This document shows, piece by piece, positions 18,115 to 32,733 of a stretch of DNA of 64,000 bases. Below the pieces are notes generated by a model. The model made no database searches. It saw nothing but the letters and a program-made list of their open reading frames with translations, and was not told where the DNA came from. The translations under genes were made by a program, and so were the position numbers. The number at the start of each line of letters is the position of its first letter. The stretch's first letter is position 1. Source of the DNA: an uncultured Chloroflexia bacterium (lineage in GTDB: Bacteria > Chloroflexota > Limnocylindria > Limnocylindrales > CSP1-4); NCBI GenBank assembly GCA_963752475.1, contig CAVVYR010000008.1, positions 448,001 through 512,000 on the forward strand. Reading direction: 5' to 3'.

Positions 18115-19662
18115 CTAGTGGCGGAAGTGTCGGCGCCCCGTGAAGACCATGGCCAGGTGATGGCGATCGGCGATCTCGATAGCCATCTCGTCACGGATGG
18201 AGCCGCCCGGCTGGATGATGGCGGTCACGCCGCGCTCGGCCGCGAGCGCGATGGCATCGCCGAACGGGAAATAGGCATCGGACGCCAGCACCGCGCGGGA
18301 GGACCGGTCGGCCGCCCGGTGCAGCGCGACCTCCGTGGCGGTGAGGCGGCTTGACTGACCCGCACCCACGCCAACCAGCTGCGCGCCCTTGGCCACGACC
18401 ACCGCCAGGCTGGTCACGTGCCGCACCGCGCGCCAGGCGAACATCAGGTCGGTCAGCTCCTCGAGCGTGGGCCGGCGCCGGGTGACCACGTTGAGCTGTG
18501 AGTTGTCGATGTCGAGCGCGTCCTTCGTCTCCACCAGCAGCCCGCCCTCGATGCGGTGGAAATCGAGCTCGGCGATGCCGTAGTCAGGCAGGCCGTCGGT
18601 CGGTGAGGCCGGGACCTTCAGCGCCGCCAGCTCGGGGCGGCTCGCGAGGATGGCCTTGGCGCCTTCGGAGTAGGCCGGCGCCGCCACGCCCTCGTAGGGG
18701 TTGAGCACGAGCTCTCGGGCGATGGCCTCGTCGACCTCGCGGTTGAAGCCCACGACCGCGCCGTAGGCCGTGACCGGATCTCCGGCTAGGGCTCGTCGGT
18801 ACGCCTCGAGGCCGTCGTCATGCGAGGCCAGGCCCACCGGCGTGCGCTGCTTGGCGATGGCGCACGTGGTCGCGGCGAAGTCGCTGACCATGCGATAGGC
18901 CGCGTCGAGGTCGATGAGGTCGTTGAACGTCGGCTCGGGACCTTGCGTCCGCTCGGCGTCGGCCAGCGATCGCGAGCGATGCGTGGTCTCACGGTAGAAG
19001 GCACCGCGCTGCTGCGGGTTCTCGCCATAGGGCAGGTCGCGCTCCTTGCGCAGGACGATGCTCAGCTGCTCGGGGAAGCGGGTGCCGCCGATGTGATCGA
19101 GGTAGGCCGCGACCTCGCCCTGGTAGGTGGCCACGGTGCCGAAGGCCTTGGCCGCGAAACGCCGCCGAGCCTCTGCTGAGACCGCGCCGTGCTCGCGGAT
19201 CTCCTCGACCAGCAGTGGGTAGTCGGTCGGATCGCACACCGCGGCCACACCCCCGAAGTTGCGTGCCGCCGCGCTCAGCAGCGAGAGACCGCCGACGTCG
19301 ATCATCTCGACCGCCTCGTCGATCCCGACGACCCGCCGGCCGACCTGCGGCGAGAACGAGCGCATGCTCACGACCACGATGTCGATGGTGCCGATCTCGT
19401 GCTCGGCGAGGCTCTCGAGGTCCTCGGGCACATGGCGGCGGGCGAGGATGCCGGCGTAGATCGAGGGGTGGTAGGTCTTGATCTGGCTGCCGATGAGCCC
19501 CGGCAGGTCGGTCAACTCCGTGACCGCGGACACATCGACTCCGGCCTCGGACAGCTCGGTCCGCGTGCCGTCGGTGGCATAGACCTCGACCCCCTGGTCA
19601 AGCAGCTCGCGCGCAAGATCGGCGATGCCGGCGCGATCCGCGACCGAGAGCAGGGCTCGCAC
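18115..19662 (-). CDS. purH: PurH homologue (IMP cyclohydrolase/AICAR transformylase fold) with substituted catalytic motifs
   Basis: RALLSV, KTYHP, IDVGG, LPYGENPQQ, ASDAYFPF, IIQPGGSIRD, MVFTGRRHFRH; GTG start after GGAGGAG. Confidence 0.88.
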   Translation of the reverse strand: MRALLSVADRAGIADLARELLDQGVEVYATDGTRTELSEAGVDVSAVTELTDLPGLIGSQIKTYHPSIYAGILARRHVPEDLESLAEHEIGTIDIVVVSMRSFSPQVGRRVVGIDEAVEMIDVGGLSLLSAAARNFGGVAAVCDPTDYPLLVEEIREHGAVSAEARRRFAAKAFGTVATYQGEVAAYLDHIGGTRFPEQLSIVLRKERDLPYGENPQQRGAFYRETTHRSRSLADAERTQGPEPTFNDLIDLDAAYRMVSDFAATTCAIAKQRTPVGLASHDDGLEAYRRALAGDPVTAYGAVVGFNREVDEAIARELVLNPYEGVAAPAYSEGAKAILASRPELAALKVPASPTDGLPDYGIAELDFHRIEGGLLVETKDALDIDNSQLNVVTRRRPTLEELTDLMFAWRAVRHVTSLAVVVAKGAQLVGVGAGQSSRLTATEVALHRAADRSSRAVLASDAYFPFGDAIALAAERGVTAIIQPGGSIRDEMAIEIADRHHLAMVFTGRRHFRH

Positions 19663-19780
19663 TCGGCCTTCTCCTCCCTCGTTGCCGCGCGAGCCGATCG
19701 CTCTGCGCGGGACACCGAGTATATCCACGGCGTGCCGCTCTGCTGTGCGGCCGTCGCGCGGCCTTGCTACTCTCGGGTCC

Positions 19781-20245
19781 GTGAACCAGAGCTTCCTTGA
19801 CTCGCTCTTCCTGGAGGGCGGGTTCAATCCCGACAACTTCCCCGATCTGTTCTACCCGATCACGATCGCGTCGCTGGTCTTCCTCGTGGCCACGGTCGTG
19901 CTCTACAACGTGCAGACTCGGCGCCTCAAGCATCACCCGCCGTTGCTGAACCTCAACGAGTGGTTGTTCTGGACGGGGCTGTCGGTCTTCGGCCTGATGG
20001 TCGTGTACTCGATCTTCCAGTTCTACTTCGTCTTCATGCTGGGAACGCTCATCGTGGGCATCGGCACGATGATCTGGATCCGCTGGTACCGCTTCCCGCC
20101 GCTGATCGTGGCCTACAACGCCATCCTCCGGCGCGAGCAGTACCTGTCCCAGAAGAAGTACGCCTCGGCCGAGTCGACCATCCGAACCAGGTCGAAGGGT
20201 CGCGCCAAGACCAAGACCAAGTCGAAGAAGAAGAAGCGGCGCTGA
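19781..20245 (+). CDS. Hypothetical membrane protein (about 3 TM) with Lys/Arg-rich tail
   Basis: Hydrophobic segments and strong GC3 codon bias; GTG start 7 nt after TGCTACTCT. Confidence 0.75.
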   Translation: MNQSFLDSLFLEGGFNPDNFPDLFYPITIASLVFLVATVVLYNVQTRRLKHHPPLLNLNEWLFWTGLSVFGLMVVYSIFQFYFVFMLGTLIVGIGTMIWIRWYRFPPLIVAYNAILRREQYLSQKKYASAESTIRTRSKGRAKTKTKSKKKKRR

Positions 20246-20262
20246 CCGCCTGACGGGCCGAC

Positions 20263-20718
20263 ATGGAGATCCTTCGGTTCGGACCCGGCTACCGACGCTC
20301 CCGTCCTCTCGAGGGCAGCCACGGCGTGGGCGACCAGACCATCTGGTCCGACCCCCGTGCTCGCATCACCGAGTTGGCCTTCTCCTCTCGCGCGCTGGTC
20401 GCGCCACAGACGAGCCCCGATCTGGGGCTGTTCATCGTGGTCGCTGGCGGCGGCTGGGTGCAGATCGGCGAGGAGCGCACGTCGATCGACCACGGCGAGG
20501 CGGTCGAGTTCCCGCCGGGTGTACCCCACGGTGTCTGGACCGACGGCTCGACGATGCGCGCCATCCTCGTGGAGGTGCCCGATGTCGCGCTTGAGGGTTC
20601 TTCAGCGCGGCTGGCCGACCCGCCGGAGGTGGCCGACCTCACGCCTGCCCGCGGCCGGCTCGCCGAGCGGGACCTGCGACCCGAGGAGCACGACCCGTCC
20701 GAAGGCGAGCCCTGGTAG
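20263..20718 (+). CDS. Cupin-domain protein
   Basis: LFIVVAGGGWVQIG and GEAVEFPPGVPHGV cupin motifs. Confidence 0.75.
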   Translation: MEILRFGPGYRRSRPLEGSHGVGDQTIWSDPRARITELAFSSRALVAPQTSPDLGLFIVVAGGGWVQIGEERTSIDHGEAVEFPPGVPHGVWTDGSTMRAILVEVPDVALEGSSARLADPPEVADLTPARGRLAERDLRPEEHDPSEGEPW

Positions 20719-20722
20719 GGCG

Positions 20723-21373
20723 TCAGTCGTCGGTGTTCGGGCCGAGCACGGCACCCAGCTGGGCCACCGCCCGCCCGGTCGCACCCCACACGCGATGGCC
20801 CGCGACGGGGTAGCAGCCGTAGCGCAGGAGCCAGCCGTCGCGATCCTCCTCCACGACCTCGACTGGGGCATCGGGCAGGAAGTGACGCACGGGCACCGTC
20901 AGGATATCGGCCGTCTCGATCTCGTCGGGGGTGAAGGTGGGCGTGCGCTCCGCTAGCGCCAGCACCGGCACCATCCAGAAGCCCGACACGCGCACGTCCA
21001 CGGTCTCGAGTACGCCCATGGTGGTCACACCGACCGCGTCCGCATCCAGCCCCACCTCCTCGGCCGCCTCGCGTAGCGCGGTGCCTTCGGGGAACTGGTC
21101 TTCAGGCTCGCGCTTGCCACCGGGCAGTGCCACCTGCCCCGCGTGGATGTGATCGCCCGACGGCCGCACCTGGAGCACGATGTGGGCCTCGCCGGCAGCG
21201 TCGGGGTAGAGCAGCATCAGCGCGGCCGCGTCCCGGATCGGACCGTCGCTGGCTCGCCGCGCACCCGGCGGGATGCGGCCCTGGCGTAGCACGTGCGCCT
21301 CGATCTCGGCGCGTGGTGGAGGCAGCGGGGAGGGCAGGTCGGCCAGCCGCCGCCGGACGGTCTCGATGTGCAC
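20723..21373 (-). CDS. Nudix hydrolase, CoA pyrophosphatase (NudL-like)
   Basis: HAGQVALPGG + TALREAAEEVG Nudix box; VWGATG. Confidence 0.9.
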   Translation of the reverse strand: MHIETVRRRLADLPSPLPPPRAEIEAHVLRQGRIPPGARRASDGPIRDAAALMLLYPDAAGEAHIVLQVRPSGDHIHAGQVALPGGKREPEDQFPEGTALREAAEEVGLDADAVGVTTMGVLETVDVRVSGFWMVPVLALAERTPTFTPDEIETADILTVPVRHFLPDAPVEVVEEDRDGWLLRYGCYPVAGHRVWGATGRAVAQLGAVLGPNTDD

Positions 21374-21382
21374 CCGCAGAGC

Positions 21383-22462
21383 CTACGGGTTGTCGCTGAA
21401 ACCCGGGAGCGGGGGCACCGAACCGTCGTCCGCCGGTCGGGCCCACGCGAGCACGCGGAAGCCGCCCAGCTGCCGAGGATCGATCAGGCGGCTCACCGAC
21501 GCGCGGGCCTCCAGGTACGTCTGTGGCTCGACGCCGGGCCGCCGCCCGAGCTCGGCGAGCATGTCGCCAAGGCCCAGGCGTGCAAGGAAGGGACCCTGTG
21601 TCGTCGAGCCGATGAGCACCAGCCCTGCGTCGGCCCCGGCACGCTCGAGGGCGGTGACGTCGACGTGAGCGGTGAGGTCGGTGTGGCCGACCGCGTCGAA
21701 TGGGTCGTCGCCGACCTCGTGGCCGCGGTAGGTCAACAGCGTTCCGGCCAGGCGTCGAGGACCGTAGAGTTCAGCGGCGTCGTGGCCGTAGTCGATGACG
21801 AGGACGACGCCACCGGGCACGAGCCTGGCCGCGACCGTGCTCAGCCAGCGGGGTGCGGCGAGGCAGATCTCGGCCCGCTGGCCGTCGTGCAACTCCACCT
21901 CGTCGGACGCCAGATGGGCCGCCAGCTCCGGGGTCGATGGCTCGCCACGGACCTCGCTGAACCAGCCGTCGACCCAGCCGACGTAGGCCTCTCGCAGACC
22001 CTCGTGCTGGACGACGCGGTGCACGGGCAGGGCGTCGAGGTATTCGTTGGCGATGACGAGGTCCGCCCGCGCGCCGTCATCGTCGCTGCGGTCGGGCAGG
22101 TCCGCGCGCGTCCAGGTCGCGTGGAAGCCGAGGCCGTCGGTAGCGTCGGTGCGGAGCGTGCCGCGGCCAGCGCCGAACTCGAGCACGCGGAAGGGTGACG
22201 AAGCCGAGGCTTCCCAGGCGGCGTTGACGATCCGCCCCAGGCAGCGCCCGAAATACGGATGCAGCTCGGGTGCGGTGAGGAAGTCGCCGGCACGCGTGGG
22301 GCGCAGCTCCGAGGTGGCGTAGTAGCCCAGCCCGGGTTCGGTCAGGGCGCGTTCCATGAAGCGCGCGAAGGTGATGCGGCCCGCCGGGCTCGCGAGGATC
22401 TCGTCGCGGATGGCTTCGACCAGGCGCGGCTCGCTGCCGGCCCAGCGAGGATCCTCAGCCAC
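21383..22462 (-). CDS. SAM-dependent methyltransferase, MidA/NDUFAF7 family
   Basis: ITFARFMERAL..GYY..GDFLTAPE, EFGAGRG, ANEYLDALP, IDYG, DLTAHVD. Confidence 0.9.
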   Translation of the reverse strand: MAEDPRWAGSEPRLVEAIRDEILASPAGRITFARFMERALTEPGLGYYATSELRPTRAGDFLTAPELHPYFGRCLGRIVNAAWEASASSPFRVLEFGAGRGTLRTDATDGLGFHATWTRADLPDRSDDDGARADLVIANEYLDALPVHRVVQHEGLREAYVGWVDGWFSEVRGEPSTPELAAHLASDEVELHDGQRAEICLAAPRWLSTVAARLVPGGVVLVIDYGHDAAELYGPRRLAGTLLTYRGHEVGDDPFDAVGHTDLTAHVDVTALERAGADAGLVLIGSTTQGPFLARLGLGDMLAELGRRPGVEPQTYLEARASVSRLIDPRQLGGFRVLAWARPADDGSVPPLPGFSDNP

Positions 22463-23075
22463 GCGGCGAACGCCGTCGGCGGCGCAGCGCCGAGAGCGGC
22501 CCGCGCGGTGTGCCGTGGCCCAGCAGCAGCTTGAAGCCGAGCACCGACGGCAGCCAGGCGTAGCCCGAGGGTGGCGGGGCCACGATCGACGTTCCAGCCA
22601 ACCAGAGGGTGTAGAGGCCGTAGGCCACCGAGCGCCTCTTCTCGCTCGACGCGAGCTCCAGCATCGCCGCGCTGGCCACGAGCGTGGAGTACGAGACGGC
22701 GGCGCTACGCCACTGCCTGCGGCCGCTCATCGCTTCCGCAAGGAAGGGGTACAGGTGCAGCGCGGCGAAGGCCACGCGATCCCGCCTGCGCGTGCCGACG
22801 CGGTGATACCAGCGCTTGCACGAGGGGGTCTCGTTGCACCACGCGCCGCCACCAAGGTCCAGGCCCACCGCGGATGCTGCCGCCAGCTCGACGGGGCTGG
22901 CATCCGGCCGCTGGCGCTTGACCAGCGCAGGCGCGGCCACGGCGCCGGCAGCGGCGAAGCCGAGCGTGCCCGCGTTCTCCCAGCGAGACGCACCCGGGCC
23001 GACGAACTTGTCCCACTCGCCGATGAGTCCCTCACGTGGTGGAGGGATGGTGCCCTTGTCCTTCGGTTTCGCCAT
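22455..23075 (-). CDS. Hypothetical membrane protein
   Basis: WDKFVGPGA..DLGGGAWCNET..KRWYH; sits between clpB and the methyltransferase, overlapping the latter. Confidence 0.65.
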   Translation of the reverse strand: MAKPKDKGTIPPPREGLIGEWDKFVGPGASRWENAGTLGFAAAGAVAAPALVKRQRPDASPVELAAASAVGLDLGGGAWCNETPSCKRWYHRVGTRRRDRVAFAALHLYPFLAEAMSGRRQWRSAAVSYSTLVASAAMLELASSEKRRSVAYGLYTLWLAGTSIVAPPPSGYAWLPSVLGFKLLLGHGTPRGPLSALRRRRRSPRG

Positions 23076-23103
23076 CGGGTCAACCCCCTTGTGGGGCAGC
23101 GCC

Positions 23104-25845
<2,742 letters not shown>

Positions 25846-25871
25846 GGGGGAATCGGGTTCGTCCTTGGCGT

Positions 25872-26939
25872 TCAGCGAGTTCCGGTGGCGGGCTCGGCCC
25901 GCGGGTCGGTCTGTTCGATGTGATCGATGAAAGCCTTGGCCTTGGCCCGGCCCTCGTCGTCGAGGAACGTGGGCAGCACCACCTTGGTGCGCACGCGCAG
26001 GTCGCCGGGGGCCTCGGCGCCGAAGCGCGGCAGACCCTGGCCGGCGAGCCGGAAGACCCGCCCGTTCTGGGTGCCGGCCGGGATGGTCAGTGCCAGGCGC
26101 TTGCCCGAGAGCGTGTCGATGTGCACCTCCGCGCCCAGCAGGGCCTCGCCCAGCGTCAGCGAAAGGTCCATCGAGAGGTCGGCGTTGTCGCGCGCGAACA
26201 CCGGATGCTTGGCCACGCGCGCGGTGATGTAGACGTTGCCGCCGCCCTCGGCCTTGCCGGTGAGGCGGATCTTCTGGCCGTCGCGCACACCCGGCGGGAT
26301 CCTGACCTCGAGCGTCTTGCCGCCGATCTGGAGGTGGCGTTCGGTGCCACGCATGACCTCCTCGAGGCTGATGGTGGCGTCGGCCGTGACGTCCGCCGGC
26401 CGGCGCGGCCCTGGCCGGCGGCCTCGAGCGGAGCCCGTGCCGAAGCCCGATGAGGCGTAGCCGGCGCCGCTATCGCCGCCCAGGCCGCCGAAGAGGGGAT
26501 CGATGTTGACGTTGGTGGGGCCGGCGGCACCGGCATCGCCGCTGGTGAAGAAGGTTCGGAAGAAGTCGCTGAAGCCGGAGAGGTCCTCCGCATTGCCGCG
26601 GTATTCGAAGCGCATGCCGCCAGGGAAGCCACCGGCGCCACCGGCGCCACCGGCGCCGGCCCCGCCGAAGCCCGCGAAGGGGTTGCCGCCGCTGTTGCCG
26701 CCGGCCTGCTGGTACGCCTGCCAGTTGGCGCCGAGTTGGTCGTAGGCCTTGCGCTTCTCGGGGTCGGACAGGACCTCGTTGGCCTCGCTGACCTCCTTGA
26801 AGCGCTTCTCGGCCGAGGCCTCACCCGTGTTGACGTCCGGATGGTTCTCGCGGGCAAGGCGACGGAAGGCCTTCTTGATGTCGGCCTGACTGGCGTCCTT
26901 GCTTACGCCGAGGGTGGCGTAGTAGTCGCGATACTCCAT
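25872..26939 (-). CDS. DnaJ-class (CbpA-like, no zinc finger) co-chaperone
   Basis: MEYRDYY, HPD motif, G/F-rich linker, DnaJ_C domain; no CxxCxGxG repeats. Confidence 0.92.
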   Translation of the reverse strand: MEYRDYYATLGVSKDASQADIKKAFRRLARENHPDVNTGEASAEKRFKEVSEANEVLSDPEKRKAYDQLGANWQAYQQAGGNSGGNPFAGFGGAGAGGAGGAGGFPGGMRFEYRGNAEDLSGFSDFFRTFFTSGDAGAAGPTNVNIDPLFGGLGGDSGAGYASSGFGTGSARGRRPGPRRPADVTADATISLEEVMRGTERHLQIGGKTLEVRIPPGVRDGQKIRLTGKAEGGGNVYITARVAKHPVFARDNADLSMDLSLTLGEALLGAEVHIDTLSGKRLALTIPAGTQNGRVFRLAGQGLPRFGAEAPGDLRVRTKVVLPTFLDDEGRAKAKAFIDHIEQTDPRAEPATGTR

Positions 26940-26955
26940 CCGGTACGTCTTCGGG

Positions 26956-29454
<2,499 letters not shown>

Positions 29455-29874
29455 TCAGATCTCCTTGGCGGTCTGGTCGGGGTTCGGGGTGGCGGACTCG
29501 TCAGTCGACTCCTCGTCGACCTCATCCGCTCGCTGGCCATCAGGCTTGCCGAGGCCATCGGGATCGCTATACAGCTTCTCGAGGACGCGCGTCCCAAGAC
29601 GCTCTTCGAGCTCGAAGAGGACGCGGACCCCGGCCAGGTTCACGCCCAGGTTCTGGGTCAGATGCCGGATCCAGAGGACCCGGCGCAGATCGTTCTCCGA
29701 GAAGAGCCGGATGTTCGTTGGCGTGCGGGCCGGGCGGACCAGGCCCTCGCTTTCGTAGATGCGCAGCGTTCGCGGATGAACGCTCACCAGCTCCGCGGCC
29801 ACACTGATGATGTAGACCGGGCTGCTGGCGTCGGCACCACTCGGGCGCCGACGCGCTCCAGCTCTATCTCGCAC
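29455..29874 (-). CDS. hspR: MerR-family heat-shock repressor HspR
   Basis: PVYIISVAAEL..HPRTLRIYE..GL..R..LTQNLGVNLAGV; located in a chaperone operon; start uncertain. Confidence 0.85.
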   Translation of the reverse strand: MRDRAGARRRPSGADASSPVYIISVAAELVSVHPRTLRIYESEGLVRPARTPTNIRLFSENDLRRVLWIRHLTQNLGVNLAGVRVLFELEERLGTRVLEKLYSDPDGLGKPDGQRADEVDEESTDESATPNPDQTAKEI

Positions 29875-29878
29875 CGGG

Positions 29879-30400
29879 TCAGGCCTGCCGACCCGCGTCC
29901 GCGTCCGTCCCATCCTCGGTGCCCTGGGTTTCAGCGGCGACCTGCTTGGCCGCGTGCGTCGCCTGGTTCACCTGGATCTGGCGGGGCTTGGCTGCCTCAG
30001 CTCGCGGGATGTACAGCCGCAGCATGCCGTTGTCGAAGTCGGCGCTGGCACGCTCGGTGTCCATGCCGCTCGGGAGGGTCAGCGTGCGGGTCCCGCTGCT
30101 CCGGCGCAGCTCACGATAGACGCGTTCGCCGTCGGCGCGCTCCTCCTCGGCCTGCTCCTTGACGGCGATGGTCAGGTTGTCCTGGTGGACGGTGATCTCC
30201 ACGTCCTCGGGATCGACGCCAGGCAGCGCGGCTTCGATCAGGACTGCGTCCTCGGACGAGGTGACGTCCAGTGGTAGACGCGCCTCTACCGGGCCAGCCC
30301 ATGCGAGCGGCCGGAAGGCGGCATCGTCGAAGAGCCGATCGAATGCGCGCGTGACGCGCATCAGGTCGGTAGTCGGTCGAGCCTTGCGGATGACGGTCAT
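29879..30400 (-). CDS. Hsp20/alpha-crystallin small heat-shock protein
   Basis: LPGVDPEDVEI, RTLTLP, ADFDNGMLRLYIP; GGAGG RBS. Confidence 0.93.
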   Translation of the reverse strand: MTVIRKARPTTDLMRVTRAFDRLFDDAAFRPLAWAGPVEARLPLDVTSSEDAVLIEAALPGVDPEDVEITVHQDNLTIAVKEQAEEERADGERVYRELRRSSGTRTLTLPSGMDTERASADFDNGMLRLYIPRAEAAKPRQIQVNQATHAAKQVAAETQGTEDGTDADAGRQA

Positions 30401-30486
30401 CGTCGGGTCCTCCGTATCTGGATCGGGTAGGTCAATTCTGTCGTTGGGTCGTCGGGGCGGTCGCGACTTCGCCCTTACACGTCCGC

Positions 30487-30540
30487 ATACTAGAACCTTG
30501 ACAATGACATTGTCAAGTCTTGTGTCACAGAACTGTCAAC
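30487..30540 (-). promoter_or_regulatory. Sigma70-type promoter of the heat-shock operon with a HAIR-like operator palindrome
   Basis: -35 TTGACA (30511-30516) and -10 TAGTAT (30487-30492); perfect palindrome CTTGACAATG-A-CATTGTCAAG at 30497-30517. Confidence 0.8.
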
Positions 30541-30960
30541 TATCCTGTCATCGATCAGGCACGAAGGATGCCATCAGCCCATCAGGGTCCGTGAGTGTCC
30601 CATGGATAGGGTTGTGCCGCAAGCACCATCGCTTCGACGAGCACGTGTGCCGGTCACGCACGTATCCTGCGCTCGACCGGGCCCAGCTCACCTCGCGTGC
30701 GTCACGGGCACCGCATGGGGACCGTTGCTGGACGCGCTAGTGGCACGCAGGCGTCGAGCCGCAAGGGGCCAGGTGCGTACGTGGCGTCCCTGGCAGGCCA
30801 CGCCCTCAGGGCACCGGCGCCGCTTCCTGGAGCGGAGGTGGCCACCCCGAGCTCCGCGCATCACCTGAACCGCGAGCGGCCGGAGCGGGCGAGTCGGACA
30901 TGACCGCGCGGCGGCAGGAAACGGAGATGTCGGCGCGGCAGGAAACCAGACGTCGGGGCG

Positions 30961-31647
30961 TTAGGACTCGACCGAGGCGATCTCGGGCACGTGCCCGATG
31001 AGCTGCATACGCAGGTCGTTCTCGCACTCGGTGCGGGAGATGGCGATGACCTTGTCGCCCTCCTGGAAGATCGTCTCGGTGGTGACCGCCTGAGCCCGGT
31101 CGTCACGGATGACCACGAAGAGCGTACAGCCCTCCGGCAGCGCGATGTCCGCCGGACGACGGCCGAGGGCAGGGGAGTCCTCGGCGATCTGTGCCTCCAG
31201 CAGTTCCAGCTCGCCGCCCTCGAGGTTGGCCAGGTGCAGCAGCTCGTGGACCGGGATGTCCTGCTCGATGGCGGCCAGCACCATACGCGTGGGGCTGATG
31301 ATCTCGTCCACGCCGAGGTTGCGGAAGAGGATCTCGTTGCGGGGGTTGTTGACGCGGGCGATGGTGCGCGGCACATCGAAGTGGTGCTTTGCCATCTGGC
31401 ACACGACGAGGTTGTCGGCGTCGTCGCCGGTCACGGCGGCCACGATGGTGGCCCGGTTGGCGCCGGCTTCCGCGAGATGCGTGCCCTCGCAGCCGTCACG
31501 GTTGACCACGACCGCACCAAGCTCGTCACGGATGCGCTCGGCCGCGCGCGGGTCCTTCTCCATGAGCACGATCTCGTGGCCTTCGGCGAGAAGTTCCTTG
31601 GTCAGATAGAAGCCGATGCGGCCTCCACCCACGACGATCACGAACAC
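30961..31647 (-). CDS. trkA: TrkA/KtrA-family potassium uptake regulator (RCK_N + RCK_C)
   Basis: IVVGGGRIG, AVTGDDADNLV, C-terminal RCK_C domain. Confidence 0.9.
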   Translation of the reverse strand: MFVIVVGGGRIGFYLTKELLAEGHEIVLMEKDPRAAERIRDELGAVVVNRDGCEGTHLAEAGANRATIVAAVTGDDADNLVVCQMAKHHFDVPRTIARVNNPRNEILFRNLGVDEIISPTRMVLAAIEQDIPVHELLHLANLEGGELELLEAQIAEDSPALGRRPADIALPEGCTLFVVIRDDRAQAVTTETIFQEGDKVIAISRTECENDLRMQLIGHVPEIASVES

Positions 31648-31648
31648 G

Positions 31649-32164
31649 TCAGCGGTCTCCAGTCCTGGGGGCGGGCATCGGCTCGCCGGCGGCAGCGGGT
31701 GCCTGGGCCTCGGGTGTCGGCGGGGGAGCGACGGCGACGGTGACACCGGACGCACCCGGCACGCCGGGCTTGCCCATGTAGCGGCTGATGCCGTCGATCA
31801 TCATCTCAGTGCGGTTGATGGTGTCGATGCCCAGTGTCGAGTAGGCCTTGGAGCGCACCGGATCGTTGATCTTGCACAGCACGTGCGGGATGCGGAACTC
31901 CTGCTTGGCCAGCTGTGCGGCGAGGATGTTGCGGTTGTCGCCGTTGGTCAGCGCGAAGAACCACTCGCACTCGCTCGCACCTGCACGCTCGAGCACGCTG
32001 GTGTCGGTGCCGTCGCCACGCAAGGCCTGACCGGAAAAGCCCGGTGCCAGTCGCCGGAACGCCTCGGTGCGGATATCGAGGATGACCACCTCGTGCCCCT
32101 CTTCCGCCAGCTGGCTCGCCATGCCGGCGCCCACGCGCCCGCTACCTACGATGATCACACGCAT
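31649..32164 (-). CDS. trkA: TrkA-family protein (RCK_N only)
   Basis: IIVGSGRVG, GDGTD..LERAG, TNGDNRN; Pro/Ala tail in place of RCK_C. Confidence 0.85.
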   Translation of the reverse strand: MRVIIVGSGRVGAGMASQLAEEGHEVVILDIRTEAFRRLAPGFSGQALRGDGTDTSVLERAGASECEWFFALTNGDNRNILAAQLAKQEFRIPHVLCKINDPVRSKAYSTLGIDTINRTEMMIDGISRYMGKPGVPGASGVTVAVAPPPTPEAQAPAAAGEPMPAPRTGDR

Positions 32165-32166
32165 CG

Positions 32167-32655
32167 TCAGACCCTCTTCATGGTTTCGTCGCGCCGCTCG
32201 CTATCGGCCACCGGCTCTCGCACGACGATGACGCGGCAGGGGGCATTCTTGAAGACATAGGGGATGGTCTGGCCGAGGGCGAAATCGCCGCCGAAGCGCA
32301 CCTTGTAGGGCAGACCCATCACGATGGCGTCGGCCTCGATGGCCACGGCCTCATCCACCAGCGCGGCGCCCACGTCGCGCGCCTGCAGCAGCTGCGACTC
32401 GAGCGGCACACCTTCCTTCTCGGCGAGGCCTTCGGCCAGATCCAGCGCGCGCGATGCTTCCTCGCGTTGATCCTCGAGGTCATCGTCGAGGTCGTGGCTC
32501 CAGTCCACCTCCACGACGTAGACCGCCATCAGCTCCGCCTCATCGGCACGGGCGAGCTTGCAGCCGCACTCGATGACGAGCTCGTCGGTGGGGCCGCCGT
32601 CGAGGCTGAGGACCGCGCGCTTGACCGGCGCGCCGAGGGAGGTTTCGTTGGGCAC
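32167..32655 (-). CDS. Universal stress protein
   Basis: AVYVVEV, ARDVGAALVDEA..DAIVMG..LGQTIPYVFKNAPCRV. Confidence 0.9.
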   Translation of the reverse strand: MPNETSLGAPVKRAVLSLDGGPTDELVIECGCKLARADEAELMAVYVVEVDWSHDLDDDLEDQREEASRALDLAEGLAEKEGVPLESQLLQARDVGAALVDEAVAIEADAIVMGLPYKVRFGGDFALGQTIPYVFKNAPCRVIVVREPVADSERRDETMKRV

Positions 32656-32733
32656 GATGGGCAGCCTACCACCGCCCCGCGGAGCCGGGCAGGACGATGT
32701 GGGAGACGCTCGACCCGGCCGGCCACATGGGCG

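Noticed and set aside
19663-19780. ZTP (pfl) riboswitch upstream of purH
   Set aside because: The short leader lacks the conserved riboswitch motifs; only a TATACT -10 and an RBS are visible
30900-30955. Direct repeat GCGGCAGGAAAC x2 downstream of trkA
   Set aside because: Only two short copies, with no supporting context
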